Part shown: positions 1-11,016 of the stretch, in pieces
How positions within the stretch are numbered: the stretch's first letter is position 1
Layout of the letters: every line of letters starts with the position of its first letter
From: an uncultured delta proteobacterium
Lineage (GTDB): Bacteria > Myxococcota_A > Polyangia > Polyangiales > Houyiibacteriaceae
DNA length: 64,000 nucleotides
Direction of reading: 5' to 3'
Assembly (NCBI GenBank): GCA_963699755.1
Contig: CAVOVB010000001.1
Span: 1,440,001 to 1,504,000 of the forward strand
Translations under genes and position numbers: made by a program
Notes under the pieces: generated by a model
Database searches by the model: none
Told to the model about the DNA's origin: nothing
What the model saw: only the letters and a program-made list of their open reading frames with translations

Positions 1-488
1 GGCTGGCTCCAATCGAGCGGCTCCTCTTCCATCACGCTTGCCCCGGGCCGATTGCCCGCAACCGCAACCGTCGACACGAAGGTGAAGCGTCGCAGGGGAT
101 GGTCCTCTTGAATGGCGCGCGCGAGCTTGATCATCGAGAGTGTGCCGCGAAGATTGTGGTTTGTGCACGCTCGCTCCGAACGGAAGTTGAGGGCCGCCGC
201 ATCATGGAGTACCGACTCGGCGTTCGAGATGAGCCAGTCGTAGTCTGCCGTCGAGATTCCCAGGTTGGGGGCGGCAAGATCGCCGCTGATGAAGCAGATG
301 CGATCCAGATGTCGATGGAATTCGTCCGCGTTCATGTGCAGCTGAAGGGACTGCCAAAGCCGCTCGACGCCGGCGTCGCAGTCGGGCGCGCGCACCAGCA
401 GGGCGAGCTCATGGTCGCTATGGCGAAGGAGCCATTCGGTGATGTAAGAGCCGATGTAGCCCGTCGATCCGGTCATCAGAATCGCCAT
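1..488 (-). CDS. Extended SDR / thioester-reductase-like NAD(P)-dependent oxidoreductase (3' end beyond window)
   Basis: Not in the ORF track. Manual translation from ATG at 488 gives MAILMTGSTGYIGSY (TGxxGxxG), then GDLAAPNLG, LHDAAALNF, NLRGT and FTFVSTVAVAG. The frame stays open to the window edge. Confidence 0.85.
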   Translation of the reverse strand, partial: MAILMTGSTGYIGSYITEWLLRHSDHELALLVRAPDCDAGVERLWQSLQLHMNADEFHRHLDRICFISGDLAAPNLGISTADYDWLISNAESVLHDAAALNFRSERACTNHNLRGTLSMIKLARAIQEDHPLRRFTFVSTVAVAGNRPGASVMEEEPLDWSQ

Positions 489-494
489 CGACGC

Positions 495-1322
495 TCAGCG
501 TTGTGGGCTTTGAGGGGAAGTCAAGAGTGAGAGCAGATCGTCGGGGGCGTCGACATGGACCCAGTGACCGGCGCCCTCGACTAAGTACTCAGAAACCTGT
601 GGATTTCGCGCGGCGATTCGTTCGAGCCGTGCCCGATCGTCGAGCGAGAACGCCATGGACCGACCGCCGATGACGAGACCAAGCGTGCAGCCCTTTGGCG
701 GCGCTTCGACCAAGTCCCAGCAGTCGGTTCGCGCGTAGTCTCGAATGAGCTCGTCGATCACCGAGAGGTCCGGTCCGAACTCGCGTCCGCCATCCTCGGT
801 TCTGCGAAGGTTCATCGCGAGCCACTGCGCGATCGCTTCCGCTTGTCCAGCCTCGACGAGCGCCGCGACGAACGCTTCGCGGGATGCCCAGCGCCGGGGC
901 AGCCTCTTGAGCGTTCGGAGCACCTCCGCTGTCGCGCTGGCATCTTGCTCGGGCGTGTTCGCAGAGGGCGATGCGTCGATGACCCAGGCCTCGGTCGTCT
1001 GGCCCGCGCGCGAATGCAACCAGAGCAGGACGACTTTGCCGCCGAAGCTATGGCCGACGGCGCCGCCAACGGGTCGCGCGAGCGAGTGCTCGAGCTCGGC
1101 TAGATCGTCTGCCACCGCTTGCAGGCCGTGCGGTCCGGGCCGTCCGAGGGAATCCCCATGCTCACGGAGGTCGACGAGCACCGCGCCCCAGTTCGGCCTC
1201 GCCTCGACGAAACGCCGCGCGATGCCTCGCCAGTTCGAGCGGCTCCCCAGAATCCCGTGGAGAAAGAACATGAATTGAGCTGGCTCGGCCGATCTTGCCT
1301 CGATGATGCTGTGGGCGAGCAT
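495..1322 (-). CDS. Alpha/beta hydrolase (YbfF/ABHD11-like esterase)
   Basis: FLHGILGS, DLREHGDS, GHSFGG nucleophile elbow and GAGHWVH catalytic His. Confidence 0.88.
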   Translation of the reverse strand: MLAHSIIEARSAEPAQFMFFLHGILGSRSNWRGIARRFVEARPNWGAVLVDLREHGDSLGRPGPHGLQAVADDLAELEHSLARPVGGAVGHSFGGKVVLLWLHSRAGQTTEAWVIDASPSANTPEQDASATAEVLRTLKRLPRRWASREAFVAALVEAGQAEAIAQWLAMNLRRTEDGGREFGPDLSVIDELIRDYARTDCWDLVEAPPKGCTLGLVIGGRSMAFSLDDRARLERIAARNPQVSEYLVEGAGHWVHVDAPDDLLSLLTSPQSPQR

Positions 1323-1357
1323 GAGCTTGGCTTACCACGAAAGCCGGCAGGACCCGA

Positions 1358-2059
1358 CTACTGGGCTGCAGTCGGCGTCGGCACGAGCGGGACGAGCTGC
1401 AGCAGCGCTTTTTCAAGCCGGTGGACCGCGCTGTCCGACAGCGGGCGCCGCCTCGCGCGCGCGGAAGCTCTGTCCAGGCCATCGAGGTAGCTTCGCATCT
1501 TTCGCCTCGCCTCATGGATGCGCCAGGCAACCGTCCCATCGGTTGTCTCGAGAACAACGGCCGCTTCTTTGTAGTTCAGGCCCTGAAGTGCCGTTAGGAC
1601 GACGGTCGTTTGGAGCAATGGGGAAAGCTGATCGAAAGCCTCGAGCAACGCGCGATACCGATCGCGAAGGTGAACTGCGCGTTCGGGGTCGCCATCTGAG
1701 TCCACTGCAACCGCTGCGAGGAGGCGCGGGTCGTCCAGTGTGACAGTCGGCCTTCGTCTCTTGTCACGCTTCACATTGAGGGCCCGATGCATGGTGATCC
1801 GGTAGATCCAGGTGAAGAACTCGCTTCGTCCCTCGAACTCCGAGAGCTTGTGGTATGCCTTGAGAAAGGCGTCCTGTGTGATGTCGTCCGCGTCGCTCGC
1901 CTGACCGGTCAGATGGAGTGCAAGCGCGTACACGCGCGGCCTGTACTTTCGCACCAGCTCATCAAACGCGGCCGAGTCGCCCCGCTTGGCTCGGTTCACG
2001 AGCTGGCTAGCTTCCGCCCCCCGCCGCGCCGCTTCCGATGCCTCCGGTTTCTGTCTCAA
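1358..2059 (-). CDS. ECF RNA polymerase sigma factor
   Basis: Region 2 DADDITQDAFLKAY...FFTWIYRI and region 4 GLNYKEAA...GTVAWRIHEAR, followed by a C-terminal extension. Confidence 0.9.
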   Translation of the reverse strand: MRQKPEASEAARRGAEASQLVNRAKRGDSAAFDELVRKYRPRVYALALHLTGQASDADDITQDAFLKAYHKLSEFEGRSEFFTWIYRITMHRALNVKRDKRRRPTVTLDDPRLLAAVAVDSDGDPERAVHLRDRYRALLEAFDQLSPLLQTTVVLTALQGLNYKEAAVVLETTDGTVAWRIHEARRKMRSYLDGLDRASARARRRPLSDSAVHRLEKALLQLVPLVPTPTAAQ

Positions 2060-2286
2060 TAGCCCCCCGTCTGTTCAGGACCCCTAAAGGCTACTCAGTT
2101 TCCTGGCCCAGACCCAAATCCATAGGCGATGATCGCTTGTGGGACAGTGTAGGATACCAGCTCTTCAACCGGCACCACCTCGCTTGAAACGCCCAAACCA
2201 AGCTGTTACATGCAACCCGCCTGCACTCTGAAGCCCCTGGAAATGGTGGGGAATTCTCTCTTTTGCACTCCCTGGTTCTCGTCTGA

Positions 2287-3363
<1,077 letters not shown>

Positions 3364-3385
3364 CGCGAGGAGCAAGAACGCGGCG

Positions 3386-4234
3386 ATGAACTACTTCCAG
3401 ACAATACGAGATGCCGCCATCTTGCTTGCCCTCCTGATCATCCCCGCCGTCTTCCTGCGCGCCAGCCTCAGAGACCCGTCCGAGCTCTCTTGGTTGGATC
3501 GAGCATTGATTCAGCTGAGCGGCCCGGTTCAATACGTTGCCGAATGGGCAGCCGACGGTGTGACGGGCGTCATCGAGGACTACGTCTACCTGCTGGATGT
3601 CAAAAGCGACAACGATCACCTCCGTGCGGAGAACGATCGGCTTCAACGAGAGATGCGAACCCTGCGTTCCAACGCGCAGCAGGTTCGGGAGCTCGAGTCG
3701 TTGCTGGGTTTGCGCGAGCGCTTGGCGACTGAGACGAGAACGGCCCGCGTCATCGCCAAAGACATCTCGCCCTCCTTCCGTGTCGTTCGGCTCGCGGTCG
3801 ATCAGGGCGAGCAAGCGGGTTTGCATGCAGGAATGCCCGTTGTCGCCAACCAAGGGCTCGTCGGTCAGATTCGACGCGTGTCGGGTCGCTTTGCCGATGT
3901 CCTGTTGACGATTGATCCGGAAAGTCGTGTCGATGTCGTTGTCGGCGAAGGTCGGGCTCGCGGGAGAATCGAAGGGCTCGGCGAGCGTGGCCGATATCGG
4001 TGCCGCATCCAATTCGACCGCAGCGATGACCAGGTTGCGGTCGGGGATGAGGTCTTCACGTCGGGCCTCGGCAAGAAATTCCCCCCGTCGATCCTCATTG
4101 GCTACATCAGCGAGATCGGCGAACAGGAGTTCGGCCTTTACCAGGAAGGCGAAGTCGCTCCGGCGGTGGATTTCACGAGACTCGACGAGGTGCTGATCCT
4201 GACGTCTGGGCCCAAGGACCCGGACGCGCTCTAG
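3386..4234 (+). CDS. mreC: Rod shape-determining protein MreC
   Basis: N-terminal TM, coiled coil, GMPVV..GLVG, GDEVFTSGLG..FP and PAVDFTRLDEV; follows mreB. Confidence 0.95.
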   Translation: MNYFQTIRDAAILLALLIIPAVFLRASLRDPSELSWLDRALIQLSGPVQYVAEWAADGVTGVIEDYVYLLDVKSDNDHLRAENDRLQREMRTLRSNAQQVRELESLLGLRERLATETRTARVIAKDISPSFRVVRLAVDQGEQAGLHAGMPVVANQGLVGQIRRVSGRFADVLLTIDPESRVDVVVGEGRARGRIEGLGERGRYRCRIQFDRSDDQVAVGDEVFTSGLGKKFPPSILIGYISEIGEQEFGLYQEGEVAPAVDFTRLDEVLILTSGPKDPDAL

Positions 4235-4235
4235 G

Positions 4236-4760
4236 GTGGGCAGCATGCAGCGCGTTCGAGGAAGCTTGATCATCGTTCTAGTCGCGTTTGCGATGCTGCT
4301 CCTGCAGTCGGTCTTTTCGACCGTGCTAGCCCCTCATCCGTTCTCGCCCTATCTGGGACTGCCTCTGGTCTACGCCTTGGCAACGGCTCCGGGCGTGCGA
4401 CCGCTTCGCGGGGCTCTGACAGCCTTTGCCATCGGCTACTCATACGACCTCTTCACAGGGAACCCGCTCGGTCTCCACACCTTCGTCTTCGTGCTCGGCT
4501 ACTTCGCCTCCTGGCTCATCGGTTACCTCCTGCCGTTTCGCGGCATCGTCTTCGAGATGGCATTCAGCTTCGTGCTGACCCTGCTTCTCGGGGGCTTGCT
4601 CGAGCTCATTCGCGGTTTCACACCAGGGGGCATCGCTCGCAGCGCTGCGACCCTGAGCGTCACGCTCTTTGCCTCGGCTTTTGCGACGGCTCTCCTCGCG
4701 CCGATCTTGTTCGCGCTGGTTCGTTCGGTCGACCCCGAATCTGAGAGAACGCCAACATGA
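4236..4760 (+). CDS. mreD: Rod shape-determining protein MreD
   Basis: Multi-TM protein with GYSYDLFTG.PLGL, lying between mreC and PBP2. Confidence 0.88.
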   Translation: MGSMQRVRGSLIIVLVAFAMLLLQSVFSTVLAPHPFSPYLGLPLVYALATAPGVRPLRGALTAFAIGYSYDLFTGNPLGLHTFVFVLGYFASWLIGYLLPFRGIVFEMAFSFVLTLLLGGLLELIRGFTPGGIARSAATLSVTLFASAFATALLAPILFALVRSVDPESERTPT

Positions 4761-6619
4761 TTACGCTCTCTCAGAGAAGAGAGGTCGGGGAGTTCCGGAA
4801 GCGATATCGCTGGATGGCCCTATTCGTCGTCCTGGTGTTCGGTGGGATCATCGTTCGTGTCGCGCAAGTGCAGCTCTTTCAGCGCGACCGATGGTCAGGC
4901 ATCGCACAGCAGAACATCACCAAAACCCAGGAGCTTCCTGCCGCACGCGGAGTCATTCGAGACATCGCAGGCCGTGTCGTTGCGTCGAACAGGCCCTCCT
5001 ACGACGTCTACACGACCCCGCGATTGCTCCAGCCCGAAGACTTGGATCGCATCGGGGGCCTGATGGACCTGAACGAAGAAGACCAGGCAGCGCTGCACGC
5101 GCGAATCGACCAGCTTCCCATGAGCCGACGCAGCCAGCAGCTCGAGCTCTTCGGTGACATCGATCGCGAGCAGCTCGCCGCATTGGAAACGCATTTGGCG
5201 GAGCTCCCTGCGCTCGATATCGTCACGGTGCCTCTTCGCGACTACCCCTATGCCACGCTTGGCGCGCACTTGATTGGCTACCTGAATGAGGTCAACGCCG
5301 AGGACATTGCGCGTGCTGCCGACCCGGGGGCCTATCGGTCAGGCGATCGAATCGGACGCAGCGGGCTCGAAAAGCGCTACGAAGCCTTGCTAAAGGGGTC
5401 ACGCGGCTTTCGACGGCAGGTGGTGGACGCCAGGGGCAAGACCCTCGAAGGAACCCGGCCCGACTCGCTCGAAGTCGAGATGCTCAAAAAGCCAATACCC
5501 GGGCACGACATCCAGCTGACGATCGACATGCAGCTGATGGAGGCGTTCGACCACGCGTTTCGGCCCTATCCTTCGGGGGCAGCGGTTGTCGTCGACATCC
5601 ACACCGGAGCGGTTCGTGCGCTCTACTCGAAGCCGGCGTACGACCCAAACGTGATGAGCAGCGGGCTCAGCACGAGAGATTACGCAGCGCTCACCGCCGA
5701 CCCGTTTCGACCCTTGATCGACAAGACGATGTATGAAACCTATTTCCCAGGCTCGACCTTCAAACCCTTCACGGCCCTGGCGGCACTCGAAGATGCGGTG
5801 GTCGATCCAGCGCAGCGTGTCGAATGCCTCGGTTCGCTCAAGATCGGCCGTCAGAAGTTTCGCTGCAACAAGCGCCATGACTGGGTCGATCTCTACGAGG
5901 CGGTAGTCGAGTCCTGCAACGTGTACTTCTGGGCGCTCGCCGAAGAGGTTGGCCTCGAGCGAATCAACCGATACGCACGGGCTTTTGGATTCGCGGATAG
6001 CACCGGCATCGGCGTCAACAGCGAGGCGAAAGGATTCTTGGCTACCCGCGAATGGTACGAAGAGCATTACGGGAGATTCCGGACCGGCTACACGCTCAAC
6101 ACGGCTATCGGGCAGGGCAACACGCGCGTGACCGTCCTTCAGCTTGCTTTGGCGTACGCTGCAATAGCGAACGGTGGAAGCTTGTACGTTCCCCAGGTCG
6201 TCCAAAACGTCAGGGCGCCAGACGGCTCTCTTTCTGAGACCTTCCAGCCACGGATCAAGCGGGAGGTCGGTGTTGCTCCGCAGCATCTAGAGCTGATGCG
6301 CCGTGCGCTCATCGATGTCGTTCAGGACGAGTCCGGTACGGCATACCGGGCGCGCAACAAGGACGGGGTGTCAGTGGCTGGCAAGACCGGCACCGCTCAG
6401 GTCGTCAGCCGAAAGGGGCGGTCCGAAGAATCCTCGAGCGCCTGGTACCTCGACCGCTCGCACGGCTGGTTTGCAGGTTTCGCCCCTGCGAAGGACCCTC
6501 AGGTGGCCTTTGCCGTCCTCGTCGAGCACGGTGGATCGGGCGGCGCGAGCGCAGCGCCGATTGCCACCTCGGTCATGCAGCAGTACCTGAGTGAGCCCGA
6601 GGCCAAGGAGGCGCAGTAG
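4757..6619 (+). CDS. mrdA: Penicillin-binding protein 2
   Basis: PGSTFK (SxxK), SCN (SxN) and KTGTAQ motifs; N-terminal TM; ATGA overlap with mreD. Confidence 0.96.
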   Translation: MITLSQRREVGEFRKRYRWMALFVVLVFGGIIVRVAQVQLFQRDRWSGIAQQNITKTQELPAARGVIRDIAGRVVASNRPSYDVYTTPRLLQPEDLDRIGGLMDLNEEDQAALHARIDQLPMSRRSQQLELFGDIDREQLAALETHLAELPALDIVTVPLRDYPYATLGAHLIGYLNEVNAEDIARAADPGAYRSGDRIGRSGLEKRYEALLKGSRGFRRQVVDARGKTLEGTRPDSLEVEMLKKPIPGHDIQLTIDMQLMEAFDHAFRPYPSGAAVVVDIHTGAVRALYSKPAYDPNVMSSGLSTRDYAALTADPFRPLIDKTMYETYFPGSTFKPFTALAALEDAVVDPAQRVECLGSLKIGRQKFRCNKRHDWVDLYEAVVESCNVYFWALAEEVGLERINRYARAFGFADSTGIGVNSEAKGFLATREWYEEHYGRFRTGYTLNTAIGQGNTRVTVLQLALAYAAIANGGSLYVPQVVQNVRAPDGSLSETFQPRIKREVGVAPQHLELMRRALIDVVQDESGTAYRARNKDGVSVAGKTGTAQVVSRKGRSEESSSAWYLDRSHGWFAGFAPAKDPQVAFAVLVEHGGSGGASAAPIATSVMQQYLSEPEAKEAQ

Positions 6620-6622
6620 TAG

Positions 6623-7732
6623 ATGGCGATCGGCAGAACCATTCGCGACGACTTCGATTGGCCGCTCTTCATCGCGGTGTCGACCATCGCCCTGTTCGGG
6701 GTGCTCAACCTCTATAGCGCGACCGAGGGCGGCACCACCTCGGATGCCTACGTCCAGCAGCTCTACTGGCTGATTCTCGGATTCGCGGTTGCTGCGCTGA
6801 CCGTGGCCGTCGATTACCGGCACTTCGAGCGCTATGGCTGGCTGATCTACGGCGCCTGCATTCTCGCGCTGGTCCTGGTGTTCGTTCTCGGCAGAAGTGT
6901 CAGAGGCTCCACGCGCTGGATCGCGCTTGGCGGCTTTTCGTTTCAACCGAGCGAGCTCATGAAGATCGGCCTGATCATCGCGCTTGCAAAGTATCTGCAC
7001 CACGACACCAAGACCGGAGGCCGCACCCTCGTCGACTTGGTCATCCCCGGGTTGATCCTGGCGCTGCCCATGGGTCTGGTTCTCCTACAGCCCGACCTCG
7101 GGACCGCGATGGTGCTCGCGTTCATCTTCGCGAGCATCATGATGCTGACCCAGCTCAAAATGCGCTCGGTCGTCACGCTGCTCGCGACCTTCGTGGTCGC
7201 AGCTCCTGTGACTTGGTTCTACCTGTTGAAAGACTACCAAAAGGAGCGAATAACGGCTTTTTGGGACCGCTTGGGAGGGACGCAGACCGATCTCTTGGAC
7301 TCGGGTTGGCACACGCACCAGTCGCTGGTCGCGATCGGAAGCGGCGGGCTCACCGGCAAAGGCTTCACCCAGGGGACGCAGACCCGCTTTCGCTTCCTCC
7401 CCGACCAACACACCGATTTCCCTTTCCCCGTCTGGGCCGAGGAGCACGGGTTCATCGGAGCCGTGCTTCTGATCAGCCTGTACTTGTTTCTGGTTCTCTG
7501 GTCCCTGCGGATCGCATCTCAGGCCAAGGACCGTTTCGGCGCCGTGGTCGCCGTTGGCGTCGGCGCCATGATCTTTTGGCAAACCGTCGTCAATCTTGGG
7601 ATGGTCTCGGGGCTACTGCCCGTCGTCGGGATGACCCTGCCTTTGTTCTCCTACGGCGGATCGAGCTTGCTCTCGACCATGTTGGGCCTGGGTTTGCTGA
7701 TGAACGTGTCGATGCGGAGGTTTACACATTGA
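6623..7732 (+). CDS. rodA: Rod shape-determining protein RodA (SEDS family)
   Basis: RWI..FQPSELMK, QPDLGT, AIGSGG, LPDQHTDF and LPLFSYGGSS. Confidence 0.96.
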   Translation: MAIGRTIRDDFDWPLFIAVSTIALFGVLNLYSATEGGTTSDAYVQQLYWLILGFAVAALTVAVDYRHFERYGWLIYGACILALVLVFVLGRSVRGSTRWIALGGFSFQPSELMKIGLIIALAKYLHHDTKTGGRTLVDLVIPGLILALPMGLVLLQPDLGTAMVLAFIFASIMMLTQLKMRSVVTLLATFVVAAPVTWFYLLKDYQKERITAFWDRLGGTQTDLLDSGWHTHQSLVAIGSGGLTGKGFTQGTQTRFRFLPDQHTDFPFPVWAEEHGFIGAVLLISLYLFLVLWSLRIASQAKDRFGAVVAVGVGAMIFWQTVVNLGMVSGLLPVVGMTLPLFSYGGSSLLSTMLGLGLLMNVSMRRFTH

Positions 7733-8553
7733 GGGAGTCCAAGAAAGTCTTGGCGGGCGTCGTGCAAATGAGCTCCACTGCCGACGTCGACGCCAACATG
7801 GACGTCGTGCACCGGCTCGTGCGCGAAGCCGCCGGTCGTGGCGCCGAGATGGTCCTCGTCCCCGAGTGCTTTTCGTACCTGGGCCCCGAGAAGGGCAAGG
7901 TCGCGATCGCTGAATCACTCGAGGACGGCGGACCGATTCTCGACCGCTGTCGAGACCTGGCAGCGGAGGCGGGCATCGACGTGGTCTACGGCGGCTTCTG
8001 GGAGAAGAGCGAAGCGCCGGGGAAGGTGCGCAACGCTTGCATCTACATGCGTTCGGACGGCTCGGTCGCCGCTGTCTATCGAAAGATCCATCTTTTCGAC
8101 GTCGACTTGCCCGATGGCACCAAGGTGCTCGAATCACAGACGGTGGAACCTGGCTCGGACTCCGTGGTGGCCGATGCGCCCTTCGGGAAGCTCGGGCTCA
8201 GCGTGTGCTACGACCTACGCTTTCCCGAGCTCTATCGCCGTCTGGTCGATCAAGGGGCGATCGCCCTCGCCATCCCGGCCGCGTTCACGCTCACCACCGG
8301 CAAAGACCACTGGCACGTCCTGCTTCGTGCGCGGGCGATCGAGCAGCAGTGCTATGTCCTGGCTGCCGCACAAACGGGACACCACTATGGCGAGAGGCAC
8401 TCCTACGGCCATGCGCTGATCGCGGACCCCTGGGGCACGATCCTCGCCGAATGCGGAGAGGGTGAAGGCGTAGCTGTCGCTCTGATCGAGCCGGCATATG
8501 TGGCAAAGGTCCGCAAGGCCCTGCCGAGCCTTCAGCACCGGCGCATTCCGTGA
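7729..8553 (+). CDS. Carbon-nitrogen hydrolase (Nit1/deaminated glutathione amidase-like)
   Basis: E-K-C triad in VPECF, YRKIHLFD and VCYDLRFPE; HWHVLLRARAIE. Start moved to TTG 7729, which overlaps the rodA stop, with GGAGG upstream. Confidence 0.9.
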   Translation: MRESKKVLAGVVQMSSTADVDANMDVVHRLVREAAGRGAEMVLVPECFSYLGPEKGKVAIAESLEDGGPILDRCRDLAAEAGIDVVYGGFWEKSEAPGKVRNACIYMRSDGSVAAVYRKIHLFDVDLPDGTKVLESQTVEPGSDSVVADAPFGKLGLSVCYDLRFPELYRRLVDQGAIALAIPAAFTLTTGKDHWHVLLRARAIEQQCYVLAAAQTGHHYGERHSYGHALIADPWGTILAECGEGEGVAVALIEPAYVAKVRKALPSLQHRRIP

Positions 8554-8563
8554 AAGCCCAATC

Positions 8564-9391
8564 CTAGCCTGGGAACCAGGGCATCAGTCGGCTCGTCATC
8601 CGTTGGTACTGGGCATACGCCGGATATTTTCGCGCGGAAATCTTCTCGGTTAGAGCCGTGGAGCCCTGGAACAGGAGCGAAAGAACCGCGGCGCCAGCGA
8701 TGGTCCAGTTGAGCCAGCCGGCGCCCGCTGCAATCGAAAACACGTAGTAGGTCCACCAAATGGCCTGCTCGCAGAAGAAATTCGGATGCCGCGAGTACCG
8801 AAAGAGCCCCGTCGTGATGAAATTAGCCTCCGGGGTTTCGCCCCGCGCGATGGCTGCGTACTTCGCCGTCTGGAACTTCCACTGCTGCTCATCGGCCACC
8901 GACTCCCCGATGAAGAATAGGATGAAAGCAATGGCCGCGGCGTAGTCCAGTGCGTTGAGAGGCGTTCCCGCCAATCGATAAGCGGCGTACGAGGGGAGGA
9001 CGATGAACAGGAGAAGGAAATTCTGGAAGGGTGCCAGAAAGGTCGCGTTCAGGACCTGGAACCAAGCTGGTCCGATTTTCGATTGAATCTCTTTCCAGCG
9101 ATAGTCCTCGCCTCCCGGCTTGTAACCGCCCTTGCGCGCGAAGTTATAGGTGAGGCGAATACCCCAGAGCACGGTGAGGGCGGCCATCAGATTCAGCCGG
9201 GTGTCACCGAAGCCGACATAGGCTGCGAAGTGCATCGCGAAGAGTGGGGGCGTGATCGACCAGATTCGGTCGACCCAGGAGTACTCTCTAGTGATCAGGG
9301 ACAGGAGCCAGCACAGGAGCGCCAAAGCGCCCGCAGCCCAAAGTGCGGTGGTTAGCGGATCGGTCGCCTTGTAGACATCGAGCAATTGCAT
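8564..9391 (-). CDS. DUF1295 family membrane protein (steroid 5-alpha-reductase-like clan)
   Basis: SWVDRIWS, WGIRLTYNF.RKGGY...EDYRW, E..ADEQQW and GLFRYSRHPNFFCE. Confidence 0.88.
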   Translation of the reverse strand: MQLLDVYKATDPLTTALWAAGALALLCWLLSLITREYSWVDRIWSITPPLFAMHFAAYVGFGDTRLNLMAALTVLWGIRLTYNFARKGGYKPGGEDYRWKEIQSKIGPAWFQVLNATFLAPFQNFLLLFIVLPSYAAYRLAGTPLNALDYAAAIAFILFFIGESVADEQQWKFQTAKYAAIARGETPEANFITTGLFRYSRHPNFFCEQAIWWTYYVFSIAAGAGWLNWTIAGAAVLSLLFQGSTALTEKISARKYPAYAQYQRMTSRLMPWFPG

Positions 9392-9457
9392 GTTGTCTCT
9401 TTGCTCCTGGCGCCGTTGGCGTCAATTGGTCCCGCTCCGCCGCCGCCGCGCTATCGC

Positions 9458-10966
9458 TTAGACTTCGTACAGGACGTCAAGGTAGCGTTCGAGCAGGTCG
9501 GTGACGACGCCCTGGACAGGGACGGTGCTCGCCATTCCATAGACCGGCGCCATACCTTCCTCTTCATCGGGGTGAGTCCGCACATGGGTGACCGCGGCGC
9601 GCAGGTCATCGAGGAAGCGCTTCCGAACCCCCTCTTGCGTGTGTCGGAGGGTGACCGCGATGTGCACGGCCGGAGGCTTGTGCAGGCCGTTCAGGTTCCA
9701 TTGACGCTTGGTCATGAAGTCCATGATGCTGTAGATGTTGAGCTCGTCGGACGTGAAGGCGATCACCCAGAGCGGGTCGCCGAGGACGCGGAGCTCGGCG
9801 ATTTCGCGGATGCCATCTCGGATCTCTGCGCCCGTCTCTAGAATCCGGCGGCTCGCATCGAGATAGCCGCTTTCTCCCATGGACAAGATGGCTGCCCAGC
9901 AGGCCGCGCTGAGCGCACCCGGGCGGCTCCCTGCGAACGTGGGCGAAAAGTATAGGCCGCCGGGCCAATCGGCGACGGTGTAGTACTGGTAGTGGCGAAG
10001 ATCCGGGCTGCGGTAGAGCACGACGCTCGTGCCTTTCGCCGCGTAGCCGTACTTGTGTGTGTCCGCAGACATCGAGGTGACACCGGGCAGACGGAAGTCG
10101 AAAGGTGGAACCTCATAGCCGAGCTTCTGTGCAAAGGGCAGGACGAACCCGCCGAGACAAGCGTCGGTGTGGAAACCGACTCCGCGCTTGCGAGCGAGCT
10201 CCGAAAGCTCTTCGATGGGATCGATCGCGCCGTGTGGAAACGACACGGCCGACCCCACGACACAGATGGTGTTTCCAGTGATCGCCTTCTTGGTGGCAGC
10301 GACGTCTGCGCGATAGTCGGGGCCAACCGGAACTTTGACGAGCTTGAGCCCGAAGTACTGTGCCGCCTTGTCGAAGGCTGCATGCGCGCTGCTCGGAACG
10401 AGCAGCTCTGGGGACGCGATCCCCTTCGTGTCGCGCGCCCAGTCCCGGTAGCTTCGCATCGCGAGGAGGATGCTCTCGGTACCGCCACTTGCGACCGAGC
10501 CGCAGACTTTGGCGGCCGAAGCCTGCTTGGCACCGAGCATGTTGGCCGTCATCGAGACGATTTCAGCTTCATACTTCGCGATGCTCGGCCAGAGGTCGGA
10601 GTGAAGCGGATTGGTCTGAGAAGTGATCGCATAGGCCTCGTTGAGAAAGGCGATGTGCTCTGGGTCGCCGTGGTACACCGCACCGGAGACGTAGCCATCC
10701 TTCCAGCGATCCGCTTCGCGCCGGTCGAGCTCTCGCAAGGTGGCAAGGATTTCCGTGCGGGGCTTGCCCTCAGGGGGCAAGTCGGCGTGACTCTCGACTT
10801 CGCCCTCGTACGGTTTTGCGCCTTTGCGCAGCTCTTCCATGATCGGTGCGTACTCGGCATCAAGCCTTTCCCTCACGATCGGAAAACGCTTTGCAAAGCG
10901 GTAGATGCGCCCCACCAGTGGCTCGAGTGGGCCGAGCTTGATGCTCGCCAGGTCTTTGATGTTCAT
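9458..10966 (-). CDS. Sphingosine-1-phosphate lyase-like PLP-dependent enzyme (group II decarboxylase family)
   Basis: [54 protein letters not shown] (PLP Lys) and AGSRPG, the pattern typical of S1P lyases. Confidence 0.88.
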   Translation of the reverse strand: MNIKDLASIKLGPLEPLVGRIYRFAKRFPIVRERLDAEYAPIMEELRKGAKPYEGEVESHADLPPEGKPRTEILATLRELDRREADRWKDGYVSGAVYHGDPEHIAFLNEAYAITSQTNPLHSDLWPSIAKYEAEIVSMTANMLGAKQASAAKVCGSVASGGTESILLAMRSYRDWARDTKGIASPELLVPSSAHAAFDKAAQYFGLKLVKVPVGPDYRADVAATKKAITGNTICVVGSAVSFPHGAIDPIEELSELARKRGVGFHTDACLGGFVLPFAQKLGYEVPPFDFRLPGVTSMSADTHKYGYAAKGTSVVLYRSPDLRHYQYYTVADWPGGLYFSPTFAGSRPGALSAACWAAILSMGESGYLDASRRILETGAEIRDGIREIAELRVLGDPLWVIAFTSDELNIYSIMDFMTKRQWNLNGLHKPPAVHIAVTLRHTQEGVRKRFLDDLRAAVTHVRTHPDEEEGMAPVYGMASTVPVQGVVTDLLERYLDVLYEV

Positions 10967-11016
10967 CGCCCCTCCGTACCGCAGCGCCGGGCGCTCCGCT
11001 AGTCTTGGTGACGGCC

